DNA of 64,000 nucleotides from Eledone cirrhosa (Eukaryota): positions 33,232,001 through 33,296,000 of the forward strand of contig OZ024749.1 in assembly GCA_964016885.1 (NCBI GenBank). Direction: 5' to 3'. Position numbers and translations under genes: made by a program. This document shows, in pieces, positions 24,623 through 38,015 of the stretch (within the stretch, counting starts at the first letter, position 1; each line of letters opens with the position of its first letter). The notes under the pieces are model-generated. The model searched no databases, had not been told where the DNA came from, and saw only the letters and a list, made by a program, of their open reading frames with translations.

Positions 24623-26974
24623 ACATTGGTTTACAAAAAATGTTAACTTCTATCTCTGACTTTTGAATTGTATTATACAATTTAATTGAAATTTGATTTA
24701 TGCAGCTCATACCTATGCAAATTTAGCTTGCCTTTTATGAGGTTGTTTCTCATAGGTTTCTTGGGTATTTTAATGAAGGACAACAGTCTAATGAAATATA
24801 CTGCCTATGATGATCAAATTATTTTCAAAATAATCAAGAATTTGGAGGAATTTAGTAATATAACTAATTTTCTCATTCTCAAGCTGGTGTTTAGAGCATA
24901 ACTTAAAGAGCCTCATAAAATGATGAGGGAAGTTTTAACATAAATATAAACACTTTAAAATAAACAGCTTTGTAAAGCCGAGATAGTTTCAGGTGGTTTG
25001 GTATAAAAAAAATAAAAAAAAGGTTAAAATAACCAGGCAGTTGTGATACCATTTAACCTAAGTTAGAGGAAGTAAGATTGCCCATGGTCTACATCATCAG
25101 AAAGATGTTGCCAACAAGGAAAACATATGGATAGGAAAAGAATGCCAGAGTTTTGCACTTATAGGAAGACTGACTGAGCAAAGTGCAGAATCCAAGATGG
25201 AAGACATGTCTGGGGAGAGGAGAGTTGTACAATCTAGCTAGTCCAGAGCAGCAGTAGTAATAGTGGAGGTGGAAGATGAGGCAAGGAGGTGAAACAGCAC
25301 ACTTGCTAAGATTGTGGTTATCACATGTTGCTGAGTGAATCTTTACCTATCAGTCAGTCAGATGGCCTTGCTCTGGATGTGTTTGCTGCAACAGGACATA
25401 GTATATATAGGAAATTCTAGAGATATTGAGGTTAAGCAGAATAAAAAATATATAATTATAAAAAAAAAAATAAAAAAACCGTGTGAAGGCAACAGTGCAA
25501 AGCTTATGGTGAAAGAAAAAACATACTTCCTCAATCTTTACCTCAATAAAAGAAACAAATTGCAGTATTTTGCATAATTCTTTTTTTAAATGAATGACTG
25601 CCAAGTATGTTGAGGTAACATTGAATTCATAGAACATTTATTATAAATAGATTAATAGATATCTAGTAAAGTTTCAATAGTAGGTTTCAGACTGAACACC
25701 CTGCACTGAGTTTATGATGGTATACTCCCACTATTTCATAACTATAAAAGCCAGTTTGTATTCACCTGTCTCCATGTTAGAAGTCGAGTCGAGTTTTTAA
25801 TATAGAGTCTCTCTTGAAGCAAAAACACAAAGTTTCCCTTAAAGGAATATTCAACTCTTATTTAATTACTTGCATCGTTGGGTAGGTACAATATAATCCT
25901 GTCCCTAAGCAAGATATAACCACTGAAGACAGGGTTTCTTACATCCGATATGTTTTTAGCAATACAACAAACGTTTTAACCCTTTAGCATTTAAACCAGT
26001 TGTATCTGACCAGAACTCTCTCACCTCTTTCTGCTCATATTTATGTTAAGTTATGGTTCTTAAAATAAATAAAACCAACATCTCAGATTTGATAATATGT
26101 GAGATAAAATGTTTACTGTGAAAATATAGTATATATAGATTAATGTAAATGCTAAAGGTTTACGGTCATTTTTCCTGTTAAAGCAGAAGTTACCTTGTGA
26201 GTCCCATGACAAGCTTTATTTATACCCATCATGGGGTCCTTTTTCAGGCAATGTTATATGGCTTCTTGTTGTCTCTTATGACATGCAAGGATACAGTGTA
26301 CCTATTCTAAATGCGATACACAACATTCCCTTATTTTATCTTTTAAAGATCTATAAATTCCCACCAACCTCTAATTCTTTGTTGGTTTACTGCTGAAATA
26401 TGAAAATATTACAAAGACAGAAACCAAAATGCTGTTGCTGCAACGTTCGTTCAACTTTAGTGACAGTCCACTTCCCCTCTTCCACTTCTAGTCAACCTAT
26501 ATAACATTTACTGTGAGAATATCATTTCAGAAGATGGTGGGAAAATATTAAATTTTAGGTTATTTGTAAGTAATTAGAATTAGTAGAAAAAGTTAAATAG
26601 AAAGTAAGAAAGAAAAGAAAGCAGTATTTCAATTTCCAATGCTGAAATTGCTGCAAATTCCTGCACCAACATGCATCCAAATCACCTTCTTTGACATTTT
26701 TTTTTTGATTATTTTTAGTTTCCTTAGAAAGCAACTGATTAGTGACAAGATGAACTGCAATATTTCTAATAAACTAGAATCACTAAGAGATATTCATTAC
26801 TAAAGTCTTCACAAATAAACATCCAACTGATTTAAACAAAACTTTTTTTTGAACAGGTTGGTATCGACAGCTTAGTGAGGATTTGAACAGCTAAATGAGA
26901 AGGTAGGGGATGAGAGAGACTAAGTAATATAATGCATAAGTCATATCCAACACTACAAATACTACTAACTGGCA

Positions 26975-27170
26975 GAGCTGTGTTGGCAGAAGTAGCAACT
27001 GTTCCCTATTAGAGTGACAGTGTTGGTAGAAGTAGCAATTGTTCTCTATTAGATTGTGTTGGTAGAAGTAGCAATAATTTTATATTAGAATGACTGCTGG
27101 TAGAAGCAACCATTGTTCCCTATTAGACTGTGTTGGTAGAAGTAGCAATTGTTCTACATAAGAGTGACTA
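26975..27170. repeat. ~37-bp minisatellite (about 5 units)
   Basis: gtgttggtagaagtagcaattgttctctattaga repeated. Confidence 0.85.
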
Positions 27171-27768
27171 TGCTGTCCAAGGAAATATATAAATATATAT
27201 ATAACCAGCTGTAAAAACAATCAGCTGTCAGTAGCAAAGAGCTAAAGTTTGTATAGGCAATTGAAATTAATAAGCTATGAACCAGTACAGATAACTGAAA
27301 ACTGGTTGAATTACGAGGATTTCATATTTCAGGGACACCCACAGAAAGAGAATGAAAGGGTTAAATCAAGAGAAATTTGTTATTTTTGAAAACAAAATAC
27401 TTTTCTGAAGAGACGTTACATTTAATATACAAACAATATTAGAACTTTGGTAAATGATGAGAAGTCTCAATGTAAATGAGAGAGGAGAATATGAAGCTAT
27501 CCAAATTTCAATTTGCAATAGGTATCTCATTTAACAGAGTTCAATGAAGGGCAACCAGCTGTAAAAATATCTTCTGACAATATGTAAATAATCCCTCCTA
27601 TACTTGCAGAAAAACATGTAATCCAAGACTAAATATTTTCAAACAAAATACCACTACCATAATGTATTGTGAATGCATTATTTACTAATGTTAGAGTAAG
27701 GTTTCAAATTAATATTGCTAAGTTTCTTACAACGGAACTGATATAGGGTTGGAAGGACAAAAATACAC

Positions 27769-27801
<33 letters not shown>

Positions 27802-28093
27802 CACATACATAGATCCACACACACACAAATAAATAAATAGATAGATACACATATGTATGTGTGTACTCTATTGAAATTGTTGAGTTCATTTTATATCATC
27901 ATCATCATTTAACGTCTATCTTCCATGCTAGCATGAGTTAGATGGGTTTGTCCCATAAGAGGCAAGTTGGGTCGGGTGACCGTGTCTTACTCATAGGACT
28001 ATTTCTGGCTAGATGCCCTTCCTAATGCCAACCACATTTAAAGTGTATGGTTTTATATATATAAATATATATATATACACACACACACACATA

Positions 28094-28170
<77 letters not shown>

Positions 28171-28949
28171 CATACACACACATACACACATGTGAATGTG
28201 TGCATGCAGCTAAAATGATAAATTTCAAATATAACAAAAGTTGACAGAATCATCCATGGTAACCTAACCTTGTATTGTATTTGTCAGAAACTGGACCACT
28301 ACAGCAAGATGAACCGACAGCTTTACCACATCAAATTTGGTGTTTTTAAATGTCTAACTGGACAAACCACAATTAATTATCTCCAGTCATGTTGCAAGAC
28401 TTCTAGTGCCAAAGGAACAATTAATTAACTATGTGTATGATCAAAATTTGAAAGAAAGAAAGAAAAAGTAAAAAGAAAAAACCTTCAGCTTCCAGGACAC
28501 ATGGTAGACTTTTGAGACTTATTTTAGGAAAAAAGGTAGCGTCACCAATGCTGGGAAATATGATGTATATATATATATAATCCCAATTTAAATTGTTTTC
28601 ATTATCAAATTTTCATGTATTGATTGCTCCTTTTCATGTGTTCGTGTGAATGAGTATAAAATTATTGAAACTATATAGCTATATATTTTGGCAGCACCAA
28701 AATCTGATAAAAACACTTAAGTTATTTAAAGATATATATGCTTAGTGACTATTGATGATTCCAAACAACCCCAAGAGGAAGAATGATTTATTTGTATTTG
28801 AAATCAATAAACTAAATATAGTAGTTGTTTACTAACTGTTTCCAGTTGGATAAATAAGTAGAGTAGCCCATGGTCAAATTTGACCTATGGGTTGCAAACC
28901 CCTAACAGGTCAACTAATGACTATTCAAGTGGTGTGGAACACACACACA

Positions 28950-29000
<51 letters not shown>

Positions 29001-29449
29001 AAGGTGGTATGTGGCTTAGTGGTTAGGGTTTTGAACTTAGAATCCTAAGATTGTGAGTTCAATCCCTGCTCCAGATGTGTCCTAGAACAAAATGTGTAAT
29101 TCCAAGTACATCCAGTTCAGTTCAACCACAGCAGCAGATTAGCATCTGGTCCAAGGTAGAAAGAATATTTACATATGACGGGCAACTCCCTGGCATTAAA
29201 ATACTTGAGAACCCTATGAGATGTAAGCTGATAGGAGGTCAGGTAGATCTAGATAGGTGTGAGCTGTAACAATAGCAGCAAAAAACAAAAAACAAAAAAA
29301 AAAAACACTAAGATGAAAGCCATATTTAGAATGCGTACACTGTGTATCTTAAATGACTAAAAGGGTTGGGAAGGGAATATGGCCATAAAACACTCCCTCA
29401 GAAAGACAAAGATCCGCCCCCTCAAAAGTAAAAACCCAGACAAACTTAC

Positions 29450-29566
29450 CTTTACTTTGTCCCGCATAGATCCTTTCCCTCGTACCATTATTTTACAACC
29501 TGTGTATTGTTCAAGTTCTTTTGCAGTCATACCCCGTGGGCCCAATATTCTTCCGACAAAATTAAA
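29450..29566 (-). CDS. QKI: Quaking exon 3, KH domain with GXXG loop: [39 protein letters not shown]
   Basis: tttcag acceptor, AAG|gtaagt donor, 117 nt, phase 0-0. Contains the STAR signatures [12 protein letters not shown] and [14 protein letters not shown]. Confidence 0.97.
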
Positions 29567-29809
29567 CTGAAATACAAAACAGATTACCGATTACATCAAC
29601 AGCATCAATAAAATTGTGACAAAAGGCTTTTTGATAAATATAATTTAACCATTTTTCTACTGAAAGACACTGCTTATGAGTTTCAAATCATTTTAAAATA
29701 ACCAAGAATTTTGAAGGAAGTAAAATAATACTAAGCTAAAGTTTGGAACTAAGTTTCTTGCATAAAATATTTAGATAAACAATTGAAAATGAGAGAGTTT
29801 TGTATCATC

Positions 29810-30130
29810 ATCATCCAGTTTTTGATTATGTTGGACATAATGTTGATTAAGTAGGGGTGGGTCCCGTCTGACATTGCTCCTTTGTGTCTCGCTCGATGTG
29901 CTTCTGTCCACTGGTCTCACGTGGGCCGGGCCAAGCCAAGCCTAGCTTGATCCCAATGGACATCCTCCATCAAAGTCCTTTTTGGTCTTCCTGGGCCTCT
30001 ACTGCCTCCTGAATCGACATTCATCTCCTTGCTGATCCAGCCCTCACTGCGCTTGACATGGCCGTACCAGAGCATACGTCTCGTGTGAAGCACATCCTCT
30101 AGGTCATCGATCAAGTCTTTTCAGGAGCTC
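29810..30130 (-). mobile_element. RTE-clade LINE 3' end, inserted within a family 3 MITE
   Basis: RRMLWYGHVKR...GSRGPGRPKRT is the typical RTE tail. A short (GAT)n lies near the 3' end. Confidence 0.8.
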
Positions 30131-32898
30131 AGTAATATAGTAGAATAATAGGTGGTTTTTAATTTGGTATTGAAAAGGTTAACTCTTAACGCCCTGTATC
30201 ACAAAACAACATTAGCAAGACATTCTTGAACAGTATAAAACTTAATTAAAACAGTTTTATATCAGAAGAGAGGGGAATATAGTACCAAAAGAGTACCCGT
30301 AACATTCAAAATGGCCATATCTAGCCAGAATTCTCACCTTTTTGTTCAAACCGGCTGCTCATATTTATGTTAAGGTATCGTTCTCAAAATATATATCAAA
30401 ATCTCGGATTCAATATTATGTGAGATAATTATGTAAGATAAAGCCTTTACTCTGTACATATTGTATTCTTGTGGTAATGTAAATGCTAAAGGGTTAAATG
30501 GCTAAATTATCAAGAGAGTTACTCGAAGGAATTTGTGTGTGTGCAATTTAGTCTAATTACAGTAGAGAAGTAATTTGAAAAACAGAATTTGCAAAAACAT
30601 TTTCCAAGATGACAGAATTCTTATCTCTAATGGAAAATAAATATTGTTGATATTTAATCCTTATTTTCCTGTCATGTCAAACAGACAAGCAGTATGGCAG
30701 TTGCATTCATCAAATGTTAATCTTGAGAGCTGATCTTACTCAAAGCTTCTATAAAAGTAGATGGATGATCATCATTACCGTTTTTCACAATCATTACCGT
30801 TTTTCACAAACATTTCCAGGCAGAATCATCAGGGTATTTGATTAATGCCTCACTGTTTTGGTTGTTTGTTCTTTAAGTTCAAATCCTGCAGAGGTCAACT
30901 TTTGCCTTTCATCCTTTTGAGGTAGACAGGGAGTATCAGTCCAGAGTTGGTTGACTGGTTAAATTGTTAAAAAGTCAGATGGGTTGCTTCATAGTATCTC
31001 ATCCACCTCTGCGTGTTCCAACTTCAAATCCAGCCTGTCTGTTTGTCCCAGAGTTGCAACCCGCAGATATTATCAATTAAAACTTTCAATTTGAAGATGC
31101 ATGGTTTGTGATTCTTTATGCTGGCAATGGTTGGATGGGTTTTTACAGACCAAAACACAAACCGTTCTCTTATTTTTTTTTTTTATCTAGTATGGATGAT
31201 GCAATAATTTCTGCCAGGAGTTGTGACCAGCAGATACCACCAGACAGAACAATGCAAACATTTCCTTGGTTTGATATGATGATCAGCATTTTTGATTCAA
31301 TGATAAACATATATTGAAGTATTTCTTCTATTGAAAAGCAACAAATTGACAGTCATTAAAATGTTCAATAGACTTACTCAGTGTTGGTCCCCAAAAATTC
31401 AAATCATAGGAGGGTTAACTTTGCCTTTCAACTTTTCAGGAACCAATAAACTACCAGCCCCGATTGATGACATTTTTAGTGTGTTGAATGAGATGCCTTG
31501 CTGTGTCTTATGGAACAAGGTGTTCCGAGTTCAAATTCTACTTCAATGTAACAAGAAACAAGGGAGTTTTAGAACTTTGTTAACAGTTACTAGTTGAACA
31601 ATACAGCAGCAATCGGTGTAACATGTCAGCTGTTTTCAAGGTGGAAAAGAAAAGTCGATAAAAATCGACCCCAGTGCATTACTGGTACTTTATTTTATCG
31701 ACCCCCGTCAGAACGAAAGGCAAAGCTAACCTCGACGGGATATGAACTCAATGTAAAGAGCTGTAACTGTCCGACACTTGATAAAAATGTGTGTATATGT
31801 GCTTACACACATGTGCAATGTGTCCTGACAAGTATGGAAAATAGATGTAAACCGGTGATGGTTAAATATGGAAAATCCTGTTTCCATATGCCAGTAATGT
31901 CATATGAAGTGAAACTTCAAAGTTAACAGTTACCATTGATAATGACTATTGTGTATGTATGTGTGTGAAATTATTGGATTCACAGATACTAAGTTCAAAC
32001 AACAGCTGGACAGTTTAGAATAGATACAAATTTGGTTTAACTCTAAGCATTTAAACCGGCCAGAATCCTCTCACCTCTTCCAGTTCAAAGCGGCTGTAAC
32101 TGGCCACTCATGCTTATGTTAAGGTATTGTTCTCAAAAATAGCATCAAAATTTCGTAAATTCAATATTATGCGAGATATTTATGTAAATAAAGCCTTTAC
32201 CACAAAAATATGATAGCATATATATAGAGTAATGTAAATGCTAAAGAGTTAAGCCTCTTCAGAAATAAACGGTTTCCCTTCAATTCTCATTAGATAATAG
32301 GGTGGTTTCATCTGTTTAATTCTATTTAGCGAAACAAGAAACCGCTTCTGTCCCGCATTGAGATATTAATGGAGTTAGGCCCTCCTCACTTCTAACTCGT
32401 GAAATTAACATGCAAGAGCCTGAGCATTTCATAGCCACAACATATGCACTTTTAATGTAATTCTAAGGGAGATTTAACATGACAGTGAGTGACACAGCTA
32501 ACCCTTTGAATTACAGGTACAATTCATGCTTGCCAGTTGAGTTGTTGACTGAAACAATGTGAAATAAAATATCCTGTCCAAAGACAGCATGCTGCCAGGA
32601 TGAAAAAACCTCACTATTATGATTGTGATCTGAACATTTTAACTAATAAATTAAAAAAAAAAAAAAAATTTCCTTCAGGAAGTTTCAATTTCTTTCCAAA
32701 GTATGCGTTTAATAAAATATTAAAAAAAATTAAAGCCCGCTTTGAAGCTAGATCAAACTTTTGATAAACCGTATGAAATTGCCTCCGGTTCGAAAAACCT
32801 TCCATCATAATTTTATGTAAAAACCTTCGTTAAACCATGTTCCAAATAACAGCTTAATAAAAATTCTATTTCCAAAATTATTTGAAAATCACACACAC

Positions 32899-33185
<287 letters not shown>

Positions 33186-33252
33186 TATGTATAAAAGATT
33201 ACAATGTGTGTATGATAGTGGAGGTGGTAATAGTTGCAGTAGCAGTACTTAC

Positions 33253-33386
33253 ATCAGGGTGTTCTTTAACAGGTACATATAGTTTCTGTGATAATGTGAC
33301 TGCTTGACCATCTGATGCTGGTAAAGGTAGAGATTCTCTGCTATTGCCTCTGTGGTGGAACAGTGATGACCGTATCCGGGCTATTT
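33253..33386 (-). CDS. QKI: Quaking/How exon 2 (end of QUA1, linker, start of KH): (E)IARIRSSLFHHRGNSRESLPLPASDGQAVTLSQKLYVPVKEHPD
   Basis: Acceptor tttcag|AA (phase 1), donor GAT|gtaagt (phase 0), 134 nt. Peptide matches QKI EISRVR...LQEKLYVPVKEYPD. Confidence 0.95.
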
Positions 33387-33449
33387 CTGAAATATATAAA
33401 ACAACTATCATAGGGATGTGTATATGTGGGGTTATATATATATATAAGT

Positions 33450-33885
33450 GAAAAAGAACAAAGGAACTATTATGACATTATAACAAGTTTATTGCCGACA
33501 GCCGTTTCGTCCGACCACATGGTGGGACTTTTCAAGGCATATAACATGTGATTGTAAGATCATTATTTACATCAACGTATCACTCAAGGCTAGCAGTTTG
33601 AAATTGTGGTATACATCAGCAACTCCGCCTGTATAGTTGGGGGTCTATATTCTAAGAGGGCTCTTTTATATTAGTTGTCGGGGTCAGGGATTGAAGTCTA
33701 AAAATTAGATAATATATAATTTACGCATTAACAGTAAACTAAAAGACTTGGGGTGCCGTAGAAGCACCTTAGAAAATATTTCTGCTCTGCGTATACGCAT
33801 AGAGCTTAACTAGCTACCGTCACATATTTGGTAGGTCAGACGTGATCATCGCGATTCACATACGACCTACCATACATCTTACTTA
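33450..33885 (-). mobile_element. Structured ~430-bp insertion carrying the hammerhead (probable Penelope-like pLTR or retrozyme monomer), flanked by (TA)n
   Basis: CpG-rich relative to its flanks. Internal hairpins at 33784-33805 and 33830-33871. Interrupts a minisatellite. Boundaries approximate. Confidence 0.5.
33488..33544 (-). ncRNA. Minimal type I hammerhead ribozyme (U3-A8 core variant), Penelope/retrozyme type
   Basis: UGCC-UUGAAAA-GUCC(N12)GGAC-GAAA-C-ggcu-G-UC^GGCA followed by AAUAAA. Stem I UGCC/GGCA extended by UUAU/AUAA, stem II GUCC/GGAC, minimal stem III, GUC triplet. Confidence 0.75.
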
Positions 33886-33914
33886 TATATATATATATAT
33901 ATTTAATACTACTT

Positions 33915-34190
33915 ATGTATATATGTGGAGCTATTTCTGAAGGAATACATAATATTAATCAAGTGTATATGAAGGGCTACTTTTGAAGGAAAATATTATC
34001 AATTGTGTGTATATGCAGGTCTATTTCCAAAAGTATATACATTAATCATGTGGACATAATGGGGCTATTTCTGAAGGTATATATATATATACATATATAT
34101 AATATCAATCATGTATATATGTAGAGCTCTTTCTGGAGGTATATATAATATCAATTGTGTGTATTTGTGGAGCTATTTCTGAAGTAAATA
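33915..34190. repeat. ~45-60-bp minisatellite whose unit includes the exon 2 acceptor junction (gggctatttctgaa)
   Basis: About 6 degenerate units of gtgtatatgtggRgctatttctgaag, continuous with the unit at 33378-33431. Confidence 0.75.
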
Positions 34191-34589
34191 AAAACAAAAA
34201 AAAAAGAAATAAGCAAAATACGGTGGGGTGGAGGGACACACAAAAAAGAATGAAATAATGAAAAAAATAAATAAAAGACAAATCAAATATATATATATAC
34301 ACATATACCTAAATAAATGCTATTAGGAGTGTATGTGTAATATATACACACACACCTACATACATACACACAGAAAATAGCACCAATTTAGAGTTAATAG
34401 AAGTAATTTGGTGAGTTAAGAGAGAGAAGAGTGGAGCATTGACATTAAAATATTGGAGAATAACCTTTAGTGAGGACTGAAAGAGGAATTAAGCACTGGT
34501 TTGTTGGCAAACAACTTGTCAGGATAGGGCACGAGCCATCAGTAAATTACTGTCATTATATGTTAAATGGTTGACAATTATCTAGCACA

Positions 34590-34795
34590 CAGACAAATTC
34601 AGACACACACGACAAAGACGACACACACACACACACACACGACAGAGACGACAGACACACACACACACACACGACAGAGACGACAGACACACACACACAC
34701 ACGACAGAGACAACAGACACACACGACAGACACACACACACACACACACGACAGAGACGACACACACGACAGAGACAACAGACACACACACACAT
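34590..34795. repeat. (AC)n/ACGACAGAG compound repeat
   Basis: Directly visible. Confidence 0.9.
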
Positions 34796-37364
34796 GAGCA
34801 CACGCAAAGACTAGCTTATATAAATGTGTGTGTGTGTATGAATATATAATACAAATTTGTAGACATTGACATATGTGCACACACATGCCTATACAATATT
34901 GGAAGCTAAACAGGGAAGACCCAACATGGTTACTCAACTGACTAGAAAAAGCAGCTACATAGCCTACACTCTAAAAACAGAATATAATCCATATTTATCA
35001 CTAAAAAGACAAGACTGGATGTCAATCATAGAACTTCTTAATTAAAGCTGACATGGGGTTAATTAATATTAAAGAGTGTAGACCACTTAATATTTACTGA
35101 CACTTAACTCTTTAGCATTTAAACAGGCCGTATCCGGCCAGAATTCTCACTTTCTGTTCAAACCAGCCATAACCAGCTGCTCATACTTATGTTAAGGTAT
35201 TGTTCTCAAAATAAATAATATCAAAATCTCAGATTTGATATGTGAAATAAAGTGTTTATCATGAAAATATAATAGTAAAAAAAATATAGATTAATGTAAA
35301 TGGTAAAGGGTTAAACCACAACTTTATACTGCATGCTGACACTTTAAATCATAGTAAAGTGGTTTGCTTCACCACCATGAGAAGCTGGGTTCAATTCTGC
35401 TGCCTGGAATTTTGAGCAAGTCTTACCATACTTGGGTCATGCATGGAGAGGAGAGACGCAAGTTGTGGAGACGAGGGGGTATGTATTGCGGAGAGGAAAG
35501 ACGTATTTTGTGGAGAAACTTACATGCGGTGATTAGTACTGGTCTTTAGAAAAAATATGTTCTAGGTGCAAAAACTAAAGGGAAATTTTCATTGAGAAAA
35601 GGCTCACTAGAAAGAAACAATTTTGGGAAGGACTGGACCATGAATGTAATGGGAGTTAGAAAATTAAACAAAAAAAAAATGAAAAAATGAAGGGATATTT
35701 GGCGATATACACCCAGAAAAATAACACACACACCTAACACAGCCAGGCTACTTTACAGAGAAAAAAAAACCAAAAAAAGTTATGTCATTTTGAGAAGAGG
35801 GGGAAAAAAGGCACAACAGCTAATATAAAATTTAGTACAACTTGTGCTTGGCAATCCCCTTGCGTTCTTTTTATAAGTAAATAGCACAAAATAGATAAAT
35901 GAAGATTTAGAATTGATTAGATATCTTTGACATACATATAAAAAAAAAAGAAAGAAAAAAATGTGTGTGAGTAGGTGGGGCTATTCAGAAAGAATGAGCA
36001 TATACAATACTCATGTTTTTTATTGGTATATCACAAATGACTGATAAGTTTCAGAAAGCCAGTTTAATGTCGTAGAAAATATAAAGGGCAAAAGGTGACA
36101 AAAAACCAGATGTTTTATCCAGTATATTTCAACATATTTCAGGGCTAATATCTTCTTTTCAAATGTGAAACAAATGATTTAAAACAAAAATGAACATAAT
36201 TTAATACCAAACTGTTATGCTTCTAAAACAAGCTTGATAAGAAAATTAGTTATGTTACTAAATCCTTTCAGATTCTTAAAATTATTTCCAAATTATTAAA
36301 AAACTATAGGTTAGGTAGTGTTTTTCATTAGAAAGAGTTGTCTTAATATTTATGTGAAAACCTTCCAATAGCTACTACCAAATCTATCTAATCTTTATAT
36401 TGAAAATCAGGCAGTGTCCCAGCATGGCTGCATGCCCATAAGTTGAAACAAAAGAATGTGTTTTTCTTCAGAAATATGGCAATGAAAGGGTTAAAGAAAA
36501 TATATTACTTGCCGCACACATTGTTAATAACCAGCTTTACAAACCAACCAACTGACTGGCTTGCTGGTAAATTAAAACTGAAGCTGTTAACTTTACAATT
36601 GTATATAGTCTAATTGTCCATAACAAACAATTCTGTCTTTCTTTTCAGCTTAACAATTGCCTAAAGAAAAACACCACATGTACACACACACCATCCAACT
36701 TCATTTGTACAGTAGATAGTCTATTTTAGATTTAAAACTAGTAACAACAACCCAGCAGTTATATGGAATAATAGCATATTTTAATGAAATTCTTTAGATA
36801 ACTTTTTCTTAGTTAAATTTTCCATCCACACTAAATTACACAATTTTTTCATCACTGAGGGTAAAACAAAAATGTTTTAATCTAATTACAATGTTTTTAT
36901 TTTGAGAAAAAAAATATTACTTGTTAAAGAGGAAACTAGGTGGAAGAATTAAAATTGCAACTGAAACCACCTCCGATTCTGTAATATTAAGCCATTAATA
37001 TTTATCTAAAGACTTTCTATAATAATTTTATGTAAGAAGCTTTTTGAAACCAATCTGCTCGAAATTACTCCAATACTTTCTCTCATGACAAACATTTTCT
37101 TTTAAACTATTCCTACATGAATACAAATAATGTTATAAAAAATTATCTTTAAGCTATCTACTAAATATCATTTGAATAATATGGTTAGTTATTTTACTAA
37201 ATCTCTTCAAATTGTTGATTTACAAAATTGAAAATAAAAACAAAACAAGTGCTATATGTTCCAAACACCAGCTTAATGAGAAAATTAGCTATATAACTAA
37301 ATTCCTCTAAATACAATATTTAGGTATTTTGGTATTGTGAAAAACATTGGAGACCACTAACTGG

Positions 37365-37545
37365 TATATAGAATAGAGCAGGGGATTAGTATATAGAATA
37401 GTGCAGAACATATATAGTATGCAAGCAGAGAAAAGTGGACGAAAATGATGAATAGAGCAGGGGATCACTAGCATATAGAATAGTGCAAGGGGTTAGTATA
37501 TAGAATAGAGAAGACCATATATAGTATATAGAATAGAGCAGGTGA
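37365..37545. repeat. Degenerate minisatellite tatatagaatagagcagggg
   Basis: Directly visible units. Confidence 0.7.
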
Positions 37546-37617
37546 CTACATCTAGTTATAGTCTAACAACATATCACAGATCCACTTCATTATACTAACA
37601 AACAGCCAGTGAATACC

Positions 37618-37687
<70 letters not shown>

Positions 37688-37775
37688 GATAGAAATAATA
37701 ATAAATGTGAAGACAAATCTAAAGAGGGCTCGATAAGGATAAATATATATCAGATATACAAGAACCCTAGAGCAA

Positions 37776-37879
37776 ATATTTATTAAAATAATAGATTAAA
37801 GTTTAAGCAAAGAATCGGTGCTTTCACCCTTAAGCAGCAATTCTTTGCTTAAACTTTAATCTATTATTTTAATAAATAT
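37776..37879. repeat. Perfect 40-bp inverted repeat with a 24-nt loop
   Basis: 37776-37815 is the exact reverse complement of 37840-37879. Confidence 0.9.
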
Positions 37880-37971
37880 ATATATATATATAAATGGCTT
37901 CTACAGGACTAGAACTGTTTCATTTCAAGAAAATCACCAGGAAAGTTAATTACTATAATTCTTATTTTACG

Positions 37972-38015
<44 letters not shown>

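Noticed and set aside
26975-27170. Regularly spaced ~37-bp repeats resembling a CRISPR array
   Set aside because: No unique spacers, no cas genes, eukaryotic intron: a minisatellite.
29000-29075. tRNA-like sequence
   Set aside because: A SINE head with no full cloverleaf, continuing into the SINE body.
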